Below are positions 63,571 through 64,000 of a stretch of DNA of 64,000 nt, piece by piece. The translations under genes and the position numbers were made by a program. A model generated the notes under the pieces. That model was not told the origin of the DNA. It did not search any database and saw only the letters and a program-made list of their open reading frames with translations. Every line of letters starts with the position of its first letter. Position 1 is the stretch's first letter. This DNA is from Anthoceros angustus (Eukaryota > Plantae > Anthocerotophyta), in NCBI GenBank assembly GCA_010909165.1, contig MU008163.1:2108001-2172000 (forward strand). The letters run 5' to 3'.

Positions 63571-63675
63571 CTAAGCGCAGGATGCTTGAGCTTAGCTCGG
63601 GTACTTAGATCGCCAGACAAGAAGAATGAAGAATTTTATTGAAGTCCACTGAGGACGGATTTCCGTCATGGGACT
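63469..63675 (-). mobile_element. Two partial copies of the (TTC)n-tailed repeat (63469-63610 and 63619-63675)
   Basis: GGTACTT.ACAACTTGT..AAGCTACTTGCACCAAGGGCATCCACTCCCT.TAGGCACCCCATCTAAG, and GAAGAATTTTATTGAAGTCCACTGAGGACGGATTTCCGTCATGGGACT. Confidence 0.85.
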
Positions 63676-64000
63676 GAAATATGGATCCATGACTGAAGTA
63701 TTATAACTGCATATATAATAAACTGGTCTGGACTAATGTAAAGGTCTCAACTACCTACATAGAACCGTCTAACTCGTGAAACTTTTAGTCATGCAATTCG
63801 CCCGTGGGGCAACCGATCGGGCCAGGAGCCGAAAGGGCTTCCCCTAAACTTCCAACTGAGAAATCACATCTCCACATCACACATCACACTGAGAAATCTT
63901 GAAAGTTTTGAAACGACCGTTGTTCCGATCGGTGTACCATAGACAACGCATCCATCAGAAGTAACATATCTTACATTACGACTGGACACTGCAACCCGCA

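Overview
Eukaryotic, gene-dense land-plant nuclear DNA with short (mostly ~70-160 bp) spliceosomal introns. The compact introns and the WW-type PLS-PPR suggest a bryophyte, most likely a hornwort (inference). Genes in order: 5' part of listerin/LTN1 (-) head-to-head with a UBC27-type E2 (+); an intronless PLS-class PPR editing factor lacking DYW (-); a small 4-exon gene missed by the ORF track that resembles SNAPC5/SNAP19 (-); dihydropyrimidinase (+); TMK-type LRR-RLK (-); COV1-like (-); a ~7.5 kb repeat/TE-debris block; a cyanobacterial-type LpxB (-); tRNA-Thr(CGT); PILS (+); a CHD3-like remodeler with an atypical C-terminus (+); a B-lectin-like ORF in an AT-rich tract (-); CPP1-like (-); a NARA5-like pfkB kinase (+); and a C-terminally short TANGO6/RTP1-like ORF (-). 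A ~220-bp non-coding interspersed repeat ending in hairpin-AATAAA-(TTC)n occurs at least eight times. One copy is a 378-bp foldback, one is fused to a tRNA-Phe remnant, one is a 30-bp tail between 265-bp direct repeats, and one is in frame with the 5' end of the TANGO6-like ORF. All family assignments are by eye from remembered motifs; no searches were run.
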